Shown: positions 42,551-56,169 of the stretch, piece after piece
Numbering within the stretch: position 1 is the stretch's first letter
How the letters are laid out: the number at the start of each line of letters is the position of its first letter
Origin: the human T2T-CHM13v2.0 reference genome, Homo sapiens
Assembly: GCF_009914755.1 (NCBI RefSeq)
Contig: NC_060933.1
Length of the DNA: 64,000 nt
Direction: 5' to 3' (one strand)
Translations under genes and position numbers: made by a program
Notes under the pieces: generated by a model
The model's input: the letters and a program-made list of their open reading frames with translations, nothing else
Told to the model about the DNA's origin: nothing
The model's database searches: none

Positions 42551-45500
42551 CCATTCCATTCCATTCCATTCCATTCCATTCCACTCCACTCCATGCCATT
42601 CCACTCGGGTTTATTCCATTCCTTTCCATTCCATTCGGGTTGAATCCATTCCATTCCATTCCATTCCACTCAATTCCATTACATTGCACTCGGGTTGATT
42701 CCATTGCATTCCATTCCATTCCATTCCATTCCATTCCATTCCATTCCATTTCGTTCTTTTCCATTCTATTCTGTACCATTCCATTCTATTCTTTGCATTC
42801 CATGCCATTCCACTCGGGTTTATTCCATTCATTTCCATTCCATTCGGGTTGAATCCATTCCATTCCATTCCATTCCATTCCATTCCATTCCATTCCATTC
42901 CATTGCACTAGGTTTGATTCCATTCCGCTGCATTCCATTCCATTCCATTCCATTCCGTTCCATTCCATTCCATTACATTCGGTTTGATTGTATTCAATTC
43001 CCTTACACTCCATTTCATTCCATTCCATTCAGTTTGTTTCCATTCCATTCCAATCCATTCCACTCCATTCCATTGCACTCGGGTTGATTGCATTCCATTC
43101 CATTCCATTCTACTCCATTTCGTTCCATTCCATTCTATTCGGTAGCATTCCATTCCATTCCATTCCAATCCATTCCATTCCATGCCATTCCACTTGGGTT
43201 GATTCCCTTCCTTTCCATTCCATTCGGGTTGAATCCATTCCATTCCATTCCATTCCATTCCATTCCATTCCTTTCAATTCCATTGCACACGGGTTGGTTC
43301 CATTCCATTCCTTTCCGTTCCATTCCGGATGACTCCATTCCATTGCACTCCATTCCATTCCATTCCCCTGCACTCGGGTTCATTACCTTCCGTTCCATTT
43401 ACTTCCATTCCATTCCATTCCATTCTATTCGGGTTAATTCCATTCCATTCCATTGCATTCCATTCCATTCCATTCCATTCCATTGCAATCGAGTTGATTC
43501 CACTCCATTCCATTCAATTCCGGATGATTCCATTCCATTGCCTTCAATTCCATTCCATTCCCCTGCACTCGGGTTGATTCCATTCCATTCCATTCCATTC
43601 CATTCCATTCCATTCCATTCCATTTCATTCGTATTGATTCTATTCAATTCCCTTACACTCCATTCCATTCCATTCCATTCGGGTTGTTTCCATTCCATTC
43701 CATTCCATTCCACTCCATTCCATTGCAATCGGGTTGATTCCATTCCATTCCATTCCATTCCATTCCGGAAGATTCCATTCCATTGCATTCCATTCCATTC
43801 CATTCCCCTGCACTCGGGTGGATTCCATTCTATTCCATTCCATTCCATTCCACTCTATTCCATTCCATTCCATTCCATTCCATTCCATTCTATTCGGGTT
43901 AATTTCATTCCATTCCATTCCATTCCATTCCATTCCATTCCATTGAAATCGAGTTGATTCCATTTCATTCCATTCCATTCCATTCCATTCCATTCCATTC
44001 CATTCCATTGCATTCTATTCCGGTTAATTCCATTCCATTCCATTCCATTCCCTTCCATTCCATTCCATTCCATTCTATTAGGGTTAATTCCATTCCATTA
44101 CATTCCATTACATTCCATTGCAATCCAGTTGATTCCACTCCATTCCATTCCATTCCATTCAATTCCGGATGATTGCATTCCATTGCCTTCCATTCCATTC
44201 CATTCCCCTGCACTCGGGTTGATTCCATTCCATTCCTTTCCATTCCATTCCATTCCATTCCATTCCATTCCATTTCGTTTCATTCCGTTCTATTCCGTAC
44301 CATTCCATTCCATTCCATTCCATTCCATTCCATTCCATTTCATTCCATTCCATTCCATGCCATTCCACTCGGGTTGATTCCATTCCTTTCCATTCCATTC
44401 GACTTGAATCCATTCCATTCCATTCCATTCCATTCGATTCCATTCCATTGCACACGGGTTCATTCCATTGCATTCCATTCCATTCCATTCCATTCCATTC
44501 CATTCCATGCCATTCCACTCGGGTTGATTCCATTCCTTTCCGTTCCATTCGAGTTGAACCCATTCCGTTCCATTCCATTCCATTCCATTCCATTCCATTC
44601 CATTCCATTCCATTCCATTGCACACGGGTTCATTCCATTCCATTCCATTCCATTACATTACATTCCATTTCGTTCCATTCCATTCTATTCCGTACCATTC
44701 CATTCCATTCCATTCCATTCCATTCCATTCCACTCCATTCCATGCCATTCCACTCGGGTTTATTCCATTCCTTTCCATTCCATTCGGGTTGAATCCATTC
44801 CATTCCATTCCATTCCATTCCATTCCATTCAATTCCATTACATAGCACTCGGGTTGATTCCATTGCATTCCATTCCATTCCATTGCATTCCATTCCATTC
44901 CATTCCATTCCATTGCTTTCCATTCCATGCCATTCCACTCGGGTTGATTCCATTCCTTTCCATTCCATTCGAGTTGAACCCATTCCATTCCATTCCATTC
45001 CATTCCTTTCCATTCCTTTCGAGTTGAACCCATTCCATTCCATTCCATTCCATTCCATTGCAATCGAATTGATTCCATTCCATTCCATTCCGTTCCATTC
45101 CATTCCATTCCATTCCATTCCATGCCATTCCACTCGTGTTGATTCCATTGCTTTCCATTCCATTTGGGTTGAATCCAATCCATTCCATTGCATTCAATTC
45201 CATTCCTTTCCATTGCACTAGGTTTGATTCCATTCCACAGCATTCCATTCCATTCCATTCCATTCCATTCCATTCCATTCCATTCCATTCCACTCGGGAT
45301 GATTCCATTCCTTTCCATTCCATTCGGGTTGAAACCATTCCATTCCATTCCATTCCTTTCGATTCCATTCCCTTACACTCGGGTTGATCCCATTGCATTG
45401 CATTGCATTCCATTCCATTGCATTCCATTCCGTTCCATTCCATTCCATTACATTCGCATTGATTCTATTCCATTCCCTTACACTCCATTACATTCCATTC

Positions 45501-48500
45501 CATTCGGGTTGTTTCCATTCCATTCCATTCCATTCCACTCCATTCCATTGCAATCGGGTTGATTCCATTCCATTCCATTCCATTCCATTCCGTATGATTC
45601 CATTCCATTGCATTCCATTCCATTCCATTCCCCTGCACTCGGGTGGATTCCATTCTATTCCATTCCATTCCATTCCATTCCATTCCATTCCATTCCATTC
45701 CACTCCACTCCATGCCATTCCACTCGGGTTTATTCCATTCCTTTCCATTCCATTCGGGTTGAATCCATTCCATTCCATTCCATTCCACTCAATTCCATTA
45801 CATTGCACTCGGGTTGATTCCACTGCATTCCATTCCATTCCATTCCATTCCATTCCATTCCATTCCATTTCGTTCTTTTCCATTCTATTCTGTACCATTC
45901 CATTCTATTCTTTGCATTCCATGCCATTCCACTCGGGTTTATTCCATTCATTTCCATTCCATTCGGGTTGAATCCATTCCATTCCATTCCATTCCATTCC
46001 ATTCCATTCCATTCCATTCCATTCCATTGCACTAGGTTTGATTCCATTCCGCTGCATTCCATTCCATTCCATTCCATTCCGTTCCATTCCATTCCATTAC
46101 ATTCGGTTTGATTGTATTCAATTCCCTTACACTCCATTTCATTCCATTCCATTCAGTTTGTTTCCATTCCATTCCAATCCATTCCACTGCATTCCATTGC
46201 ACTCGGGTTGATTGCATTCCATTCCATTCCATTCTACTCCATTTCGTTCCATTCCATTCTATTCGGTAGCATTCCATTCCATTCCATTCCAATCCATTCC
46301 ATTCCATGCCATTCCACTTGGGTTGATTCCCTTCCTTTCCATTCCATTCGGGTTGAATCCATTCCATTCCATTCCATTCCATTCCATTCCATTCTTTTCA
46401 ATTCCATTGCACACGGGTTGGTTCCATTCCATTCCTTTCCGTTCCATTCCGGATGACTCCATTCCATTGCATTCCATTCCATTCCATTCCCCTGCACTCG
46501 GGTTCATTACCTTCCATTCCATTTACTTCCATTCCATTCCATTCCATTCTATTCGGGTTAATTCCATTCCATTCCATTGCATTCCATTCCATTCCATTCC
46601 ATTCCATTCCATTTCATTCCATTCCATTCCATTCCATTCCATTGCAATCGAGTTGATTCCATTCCATTCCATTCAATTCCGGATGATTCCATTCCATTGC
46701 CTTCAATTCCATTCCATTCCCCTGCACTCGGGTTGATTCCATTCCATTCCATTCCATTCCATTTCATTCCATTCCGTTCCATTCCATTCCATTCCATTCT
46801 GTTCAGGTTAATTCGATTCCATTCCTTTCCCTTAAATTCCATTCCATTCCATCCCATTGCAATCGAGTTGATTCCATTGCATTCCATTCCATTACATTCC
46901 ATTGCATTCCATTCCATTCCATTCCCTTGCACTCAGGTTGATTCCATTCGATTCCTTTCCATTCCATTCCATTCGGGTTGTTTCCATTCCATTCCGTTCC
47001 ATTCCACTCCATTCCATTGCAATCGGGTTGATTCCATTCCATTCCATTGCATTCCATTCCATTCCATTCCATTCCGTATGATTCCATTACATTGCATTCC
47101 ATTCCATTCCATTCCCCTGCACTCGGTTGGATTCCATTCAATTCCATTCCATTCCATTCCATTCCATTCCATTCCATTCCATTCCATTCTATTCGGGTTA
47201 ATTTCATTGCATTCCATTCCATTCCCTTCCATTCCCTTCCATTCCATTCCATTCCATTCAATTGAAATCGAGTTGATTCCATTCCATTCCATTCCATTCC
47301 ACTCCATTCTATTCGGGTTAATTCCATTCCATTCCATTCCATTCCATTCCCTTCCATTCCATTCCATTCCATTCCATTCCATTCTATTCCATTCCATTCC
47401 ATTCTATTAGGGTTAATTCCATTCCATTCCATTCCATTCCATTCCATTCCATTCCATTCCATTCTATTCCACTCCATTCCATGCCATTCCACTCGGGTTT
47501 ATTCCACTCCTTTCCATTCCATTCGGGTTGAATCCATTCCATTCCATTCCATTCCATTCCATTCCATTCCATTCCATTCCATTCCATTCCATGCCATTAC
47601 ACTCGGGTTGATTCCGTACCTTTCCATTCCATTCGAATTGAACCCATTCCATTCCATTCCATTCCATTCCATTCCATTTCGTTCCATTCCATTCTATTCC
47701 TTACCATTCCACTCCATTCCATTCCCTTCCATGCCATTTCACTCGGGTTTATTCCATTCCTTTCCATTCCATTCGGGTTGAATCCATTCCATTCCATTCC
47801 ATTCCATTCGATTCCATTCCATTCAACTCGGGTTGATTCCATTCCATTCCATGCCATTCCATTTCATTCCATTCCATTCCATTCCATTCCATTCCATTCC
47901 ATTCCGTTCCATTACATTCGGATTGATTCTTTTTAATTCCCTTACACTCCATTACATTCCATTCCATTCGGGTACTTTCCATTCCATTCCATTCCATTCC
48001 ACTGCATTCTATTGCACTCGGGTTGATTGATTCCATTCCATTGCATTCCATTCCATTCCATTCCCTTGCACTCAGGTTGATCCCATTCCATTGCATTTCA
48101 TTCCATTCCATTCCATTCCGTTCCGTTCCATTCCATTCCATTCCATTCTGTTCAGGTTAATTCCATTCCATTCCATTCCCTTCCATTCCGTTCCGTTCCA
48201 TTCCATTCCATTCCATTCCATTCCATTCTATTCAGGTTAATTCCATTCCATTCCATTCCCTTCCATTCCATTCCATTCCATTCCATCCCATTGCAATCTA
48301 GTTGATTCCATTGCATTCCATTCCATTCCATTCCATTCCATTGCATTGCATTCCATTCCATTCCCCTGCACTCAGATTGATTCCATTCCATCCCATTCCA
48401 TTCCATTCCGTTCCATTCCATTCCATTCCATTCTATTGCAATCGAATTGATTCCATTCCATTCCATTCCGTTCCATTCCATTCCATTCCATTCCATTCCA

Positions 48501-51500
48501 TGCCATTCCACTCGTGTTGATTCCATTGCTTTCCATTCCATTTGGGTTGAATCCAATCCATTCCATTGCATTCAATTCCATTCCTTTCCATTGCACTAGG
48601 TTTGATTCCATTCCACAGCATTCCATTCCATTCCATTCCATTCCATTCCATTCCATTCCATTCCACTCCACTCCATGCCATTCCACTCGGGTTTATTCCA
48701 TTCCTTTCCATTCCATTCGGGTTGAATCCATTCCATTCCATTCCATTCCACTCAATTCCATTACATTGCACTCGGGTTGATTCCATTGCATTCCATTCCA
48801 TTCCATTCCATTCCATTCCATTCCATTCCATTCCATTCCATTCCATTTCGTTCTTTTCCATTCTATTCTGTACCATTCCATTCTATTCTTTGCATTCCAT
48901 GCCATTCCACTCGGGTTTATTCCATTCATTTCCATTCCATTCGGGTTGAATCCATTCCATTCCATTCCATTCCATTCCATTCCATTCCATTCCATTCCAT
49001 TGCACTAGGTTTGATTCCATTCCGCTGCATTCCATTCCATTCCATTCCATTCCGTTCCATTCCATTCCATTACATTCGGTTTGATTGTATTCAATTCCCT
49101 TACACTCCATTTCATTCCATTCCATTCAGTTTGTTTCCATTCCATTCCAATCCATTCCACTCCATTCCATTGCACTCGGGTTGATTGCATTCCATTCCAT
49201 TCCATTCTACTCCATTTCGTTCCATTCCATTCTATTCGGTAGCATTCCATTCCATTCCATTCCAATCCATTCCATTCCATGCCATTCCACTTGGGTTGAT
49301 TCCCTTCCTTTCCATTCCATTCGGGTTGAATCCATTCCATTCCATTCCATTCCATTCCATTCCATTCCTTTCAATTCCATTGCACACGGGTTGGTTCCAT
49401 TCCATTCCTTTCCGTTCCATTCCGGATGACTCCATTCCATTGCACTCCATTCCATTCCATTCCCCTGCACTCGGGTTCATTACCTTCCGTTCCATTTACT
49501 TCCATTCCATTCCATTCCATTCTATTCGGGTTAATTCCATTCCATTCCATTGCATTCCATTCCATTCCATTCCATTCCATTGCAATCGAGTTGATTCCAC
49601 TCCATTCCATTCAATTCCGGATGATTCCATTCCATTGCCTTCAATTCCATTCCATTCCCCTGCACTCGGGTTGATTCCATTCCATTCCATTCCATTCCAT
49701 TCCATTCCATTCCATTCCATTACATTCGTATTGATTCTATTCAATTCCCTTACACTCCATTCCATTCCATTCCATTCGGGTTGTTTCCATTCCATTCCAT
49801 TCCATTCCACTCCATTCCATTGCAATCGGGTTGATTCCATTCCATTCCATTCCATTCCATTCCGGAAGATTCCATTCCATTGCATTCCATTCCATTCCAT
49901 TCCCCTGCACTCGGGTGGATTCCATTCTATTCCATTCCATTCCATTCCACTCTATTCCATTCCATTCCATTCCATTCCATTCCATTCTATTCGGGTTAAT
50001 TTCATTCCATTCCATTCCATTCCATTCCATTCCATTCCATTGAAATCGAGTTGATTCCATTTCATTCCATTCCATTCCATTCCATTCCATTCCATTCCAT
50101 TCCATTGCATTCTATTCCGGTTAATTCCATTCCATTCCATTCCATTCCCTTCCATTCCATTCCATTCCATTCTATTAGGGTTAATTCCATTCCATTACAT
50201 TCCATTACATTCCATTGCAATCCAGTTGATTCCACTCCATTCCATTCCATTCCATTCAATTCCGGATGATTGCATTCCATTGCCTTCCATTCCATTCCAT
50301 TCCCCTGCACTCGGGTTGATTCCATTCCATTCCTTTCCATTCCATTCCATTCCATTCCATTCCATTCCATTTCGTTTCATTCCGTTCTATTCCGTACCAT
50401 TCCATTCCATTCCATTCCATTCCATTCCATTCCATTTCATTCCATTCCATTCCATGCCATTCCACTCGGGTTGATTCCATTCCTTTCCATTCCATTCGAC
50501 TTGAATCCATTCCATTCCATTCCATTCCATTCGATTCCATTCCATTGCACACGGGTTCATTCCATTGCATTCCATTCCATTCCATTCCATTCCATTCCAT
50601 TCCATGCCATTCCACTCGGGTTGATTCCATTCCTTTCCGTTCCATTCGAGTTGAACCCATTCCGTTCCATTCCATTCCATTCCATTCCATTCCATTCCAT
50701 TCCATTCCATTCCATTGCACACGGGTTCATTCCATTCCATTCCATTCCATTACATTACATTCCATTTCGTTCCATTCCATTCTATTCCGTACCATTCCAT
50801 TCCATTCCATTCCATTCCATTCCATTCCACTCCATTCCATGCCATTCCACTCGGGTTTATTCCATTCCTTTCCATTCCATTCGGGTTGAATCCATTCCAT
50901 TCCATTCCATTCCATTCCATTCCATTCAATTCCATTACATAGCACTCGGGTTGATTCCATTGCATTCCATTCCATTCCATTGCATTCCATTCCATTCCAT
51001 TCCATTCCATTGCTTTCCATTCCATGCCATTCCACTCGGGTTGATTCCATTCCTTTCCATTCCATTCGAGTTGAACCCATTCCATTCCATTCCATTCCAT
51101 TCCTTTCCATTCCTTTCGAGTTGAACCCATTCCATTCCATTCCATTCCATTCCATTGCAATCGAATTTATTCCATTCCATTCCATTCCGTTCCATTCCAT
51201 TCCATTCCATTCCATTCCATGCCATTCCACTCGTGTTGATTCCATTGCTTTCCATTCCATTTGGGTTGAATCCAATCCATTCCATTGCATTCAATTCCAT
51301 TCCTTTCCATTGCACTAGGTTTGATTCCATTCCACAGCATTCCATTCCATTCCATTCCATTCCATTCCATTCCATTCCATTCCATTCCACTCGGGATGAT
51401 TCCATTCCTTTCCATTCCATTCGTGTTGAAACCATTCCATTCCATTCCATTCCTTTCGATTCCATTCCCTTACACTCGGGTTGATCCCATTGCATTGCAT

Positions 51501-54500
51501 TGCATTCCATTCCATTGCATTCCATTCCGTTCCATTCCATTCCATTACATTCGCATTGATTCTATTCCATTCCCTTACACTCCATTACATTCCATTCCAT
51601 TCGGGTTGTTTCCATTCCATTCCATTCCATTCCACTCCATTCCATTGCAATCGGGTTGATTCCATTCCATTCCATTCCATTCCATTCCGTATGATTCCAT
51701 TCCATTGCATTCCATTCCATTCCATTCCCCTGCACTCGGGTGGATTCCATTCTATTCCATTCCATTCCATTCCATTCCATTCCATTCCATTCCATTCCAC
51801 TCCACTCCATGCCATTCCACTCGGGTTTATTCCATTCCTTTCCATTCCATTCGGGTTGAATCCATTCCATTCCATTCCATTCCACTCAATTCCATTACAT
51901 TGCACTCGGGTTGATTCCATTGCATTCCATTCCATTCCATTCCATTCCATTCCATTCCATTCCATTTCGTTCTTTTCCATTCTATTCTGTACCATTCCAT
52001 TCTATTCTTTGCATTCCATGCCATTCCACTCGGGTTTATTCCATTCATTTCCATTCCATTCGGGTTGAATCCATTCCATTCCATTCCATTCCATTCCATT
52101 CCATTCCATTCCATTCCATTGCACTAGGTTTGATTCCATTCCGCTGCATTCCATTCCATTCCATTCCATTCCGTTCCATTCCATTCCATTACATTCGGTT
52201 TGATTGTATTCAATTCCCTTACACTCCATTTCATTCCATTCCATTCAGTTTGTTTCCATTCCATTCCAATCCATTCCACTGCATTCCATTGCACTCGGGT
52301 TGATTGCATTCCATTCCATTCCATTCTACTCCATTTCGTTCCATTCCATTATATTCGGTAGCATTCCATTCCATTCCATTCCAATCCATTCCATTCCATG
52401 CCATTCCACTTGGGTTGATTCCCTTCCTTTCCATTCCATTCGGGTTGAATCCATTCCATTCCATTCCATTCCATTCCATTCCATTCTTTTCAATTCCATT
52501 GCACACGGGTTGGTTCCATTCCATTCCTTTCCGTTCCATTCCGGATGACTCCATTCCATTGCATTCCATTCCATTCCATTCCCCTGCACTCGGGTTCATT
52601 ACCTTCCATTCCATTTACTTCCATTCCATTCCATTCCATTCTATTCGGGTTAATTCCATTCCATTCCATTGCATTCCATTCCATTCCATTCCATTCCATT
52701 CCATTTCATTCCATTCCATTCCATTCCATTCCATTGCAATCGAGTTGATTCCATTCCATTCCATTCAATTCCGGATGATTCCATTCCATTGCCTTCAATT
52801 CCATTCCATTCCCCTGCACTCGGGTTGATTCCATTCCATTCCATTCCATTCCATTTCATTCCATTCCGTTCCATTCCATTCCATTCCATTCTGTTCAGGT
52901 TAATTCGATTCCATTCCTTTCCCTTAAATTCCATTCCATTCCATCCCATTGCAATCGAGTTGATTCCATTGCATTCCATTCCATTACATTCCATTGCATT
53001 CCATTCCATTCCATTCCCTTGCACTCAGGTTGATTCCATTCGATTCCTTTCCATTCCATTCCATTCGGGTTGTTTCCATTCCATTCCGTTCCATTCCACT
53101 CCATTCCATTGCAATCGGGTTGATTCCATTCCATTCCATTGCATTCCATTCCATTCCATTCCATTCCGTATGATTCCATTACATTGCATTCCATTCCATT
53201 CCATTCCCCTGCACTCGGTTGGATTCCATTCAATTCCATTCCATTCCATTCCATTCCATTCCATTCCATTCCATTCCATTCTATTCGGGTTAATTTCATT
53301 GCATTCCATTCCATTCCCTTCCATTCCCTTCCATTCCATTCCATTCCATTCAATTGAAATCGAGTTGATTCCATTCCATTCCATTCCATTCCACTCCATT
53401 CTATTCGGGTTAATTCCATTCCATTCCATTCCATTCCATTCCCTTCCATTCCATTCCATTCCATTCCATTCCATTCTATTCCATTCCATTCCATTCTATT
53501 AGGGTTAATTCCATTCCATTCCATTCCATTCCATTCCATTCCATTCCATTCCATTCTATTCCACTCCATTCCATGCCATTCCACTCGGGTTTATTCCACT
53601 CCTTTCCATTCCATTCGGGTTGAATCCATTCCATTCCATTCCATTCCATTCCATTCCATTCCATTCCATTCCATTCCATTCCATGCCATTACACTCGGGT
53701 TGATTCCGTACCTTTCCATTCCATTCGAATTGAACCCATTCCATTCCATTCCATTCCATTCCATTCCATTTCGTTCCATTCCATTCTATTCCTTACCATT
53801 CCACTCCATTCCATTCCCTTCCATGCCATTTCACTCGGGTTTATTCCATTCCTTTCCATTCCATTCGGGTTGAATCCATTCCATTCCATTCCATTCCATT
53901 CGATTCCATTCCATTCAACTCGGGTTGATTCCATTCCATTCCATGCCATTCCATTTCATTCCATTCCATTCCATTCCATTCCATTCCATTCCATTCCGTT
54001 CCATTACATTCGGATTGATTCTTTTTAATTCCCTTACACTCCATTACATTCCATTCCATTCGGGTACTTTCCATTCCATTCCATTCCATTCCACTGCATT
54101 CTATTGCACTCGGGTTGATTGATTCCATTCCATTGCATTCCATTCCATTCCATTCCCTTGCACTCAGGTTGATCCCATTCCATTGCATTTCATTCCATTC
54201 CATTCCATTCCGTTCCGTTCCATTCCATTCCATTCCATTCTGTTCAGGTTAATTCCATTCCATTCCATTCCCTTCCATTCCGTTCCGTTCCATTCCATTC
54301 CATTCCATTCCATTCCATTCTATTCAGGTTAATTCCATTCCATTCCATTCCCTTCCATTCCATTCCATCCCATTGCAATCTAGTTGATTCCATTGCATTC
54401 CATTCCATTCCATTCCATTCCATTGCATTGCATTCCATTCCATTCCCCTGCACTCAGATTGATTCCATTCCATCCCATTCCATTCCATTCCGTTCCATTC

Positions 54501-54519
54501 CATTCCATTCCATTCTATT
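42356..54519 (+). repeat. Near-perfect head-to-tail tandem duplication, two 6082-bp copies (42356-48437 and 48438-54519)
   Basis: Dozens of ORF pairs are identical or nearly so at offsets 6082, 6097 and 6092 (e.g. 42432/48514, 44173/50270, 46577/52669). Both copies start GCAATCGAATTGATT and end CACTCAGATTGATT...CCATTCTATT. Confidence 0.95.
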
Positions 54520-56169
54520 CGCGTTAATTCCATTGCATTCCATTCCATTGCATTCCATTGTAATCGAGTTGATTCCATTCCATTCCGTTCCATTCCATTC
54601 CATTCCATTCCATTTCGTTCCATTCCATTCTATTCTGTACCTTTGCATTCCATTCCATTCCATTCCATTCCATTCCATTCCATTCCATTCCATTCCATGC
54701 CATTCCATTCGGGTTGATTCCATTGCTTTCCATTCCATTTGGGTTGAATCCAATCCATTCCATTCCATTCCATTCCATTCCATTGCATTCCATTGCACTA
54801 GGTTTGATTCCATTCCACTGCATTCCATTCCATTCCATTCCGTTCCATTCCATTCCCTTACATTTGGATTGATTGTATTCAATTCCCTTACACTCCATTA
54901 CATTCCATTCCATTCGGGTTGTTTCCATTCCATTACATTCCTTTCAACTCCATTCCATTGCAATCGGGTTGATTCCATTCCATTCCATTGCATTCCATTC
55001 CATTCCATTCCATTCTGTATGATTCCATTCCATTGCATTCCATTCCATTCCATTCCCCTGCACTCGGTTGGATTCCATTCTATTCCATTCCATTCCATTC
55101 CATTCCATTCCATTCCATTCCATTCCATTCCATTCTATTCGGGTTAATTTCATTCCATTCCATTCCATTCCCTTCCATTCCATTGCATTCCATTCCATTG
55201 AAATCGAGTTGATTCCATTCCATTCCATTCCATTCCATTCCATTCCATTCTATTCGGGTTAATTCCATTCCATTCCATTCCATTCCATTCTATTAGGGTT
55301 AATTCCATTCCATTCCATTCCATTCCATTCCATTCCATTCCATTCCACTCCATTCCATGCCATTCCACTCGGGTTTATTCCATTCATTTCCATTCCATTC
55401 GGGTTGAATCCATTCCATTCCATTCCATTCCATTCCATTCCATTCCATTCCATTCCATTCCATTTCGTTCCATCCCATTCTATTCCGTACCATTCCATTC
55501 CATTCCATTCCATTCCATTCCATTCCACTACATTCCATGCCATTCCACTCGGGTTTATTCCATACCTTTCCATTCCATTCGGGTTGAATCCATTCCATTC
55601 CATTCCATTCCATTCGATTCCATTACATTGCACTCGGGGTGATTCCATTCCATTCCATTCCATTACATTTCATTCCATTCCATTCCATTCCATTCAGTTC
55701 CATTCCATTCCATTCCATTCCATTGCACACGGGTTCATTCCATTCCATTCCATTCTACTCCATTCCATTCCATTCCATTCCGTTCTATTCCATTCCATTC
55801 CATTCTGTTCAGGTTAATTCCATTCCATTCCTTTCCCTTCCATTCCATTCCATTCCATTCCATTGCAATCGAGTTGATTCCATTGCATTCCATTCCATTA
55901 CATTCCATTGCATTCCATTCCATTCCATTCCCCTGCACTCAGGTTGATTCCATTCGATTCCATTCCATTCCATTCCGTTCCATTCCATTCCATTCCATTC
56001 TATTCGCTTTAATTGCATTCCATTCCATTCCATTGCTTTCCATTGCAATCGAGTTGATTCCATTCCTTTCCGTTCCATTCCATACCATTCCATTCCATTT
56101 CGTTCCATTCCATTCTATTCCGTACCATTCCATTCCATTCCATTCCATTCCATTCCATTCCGTTCCATT

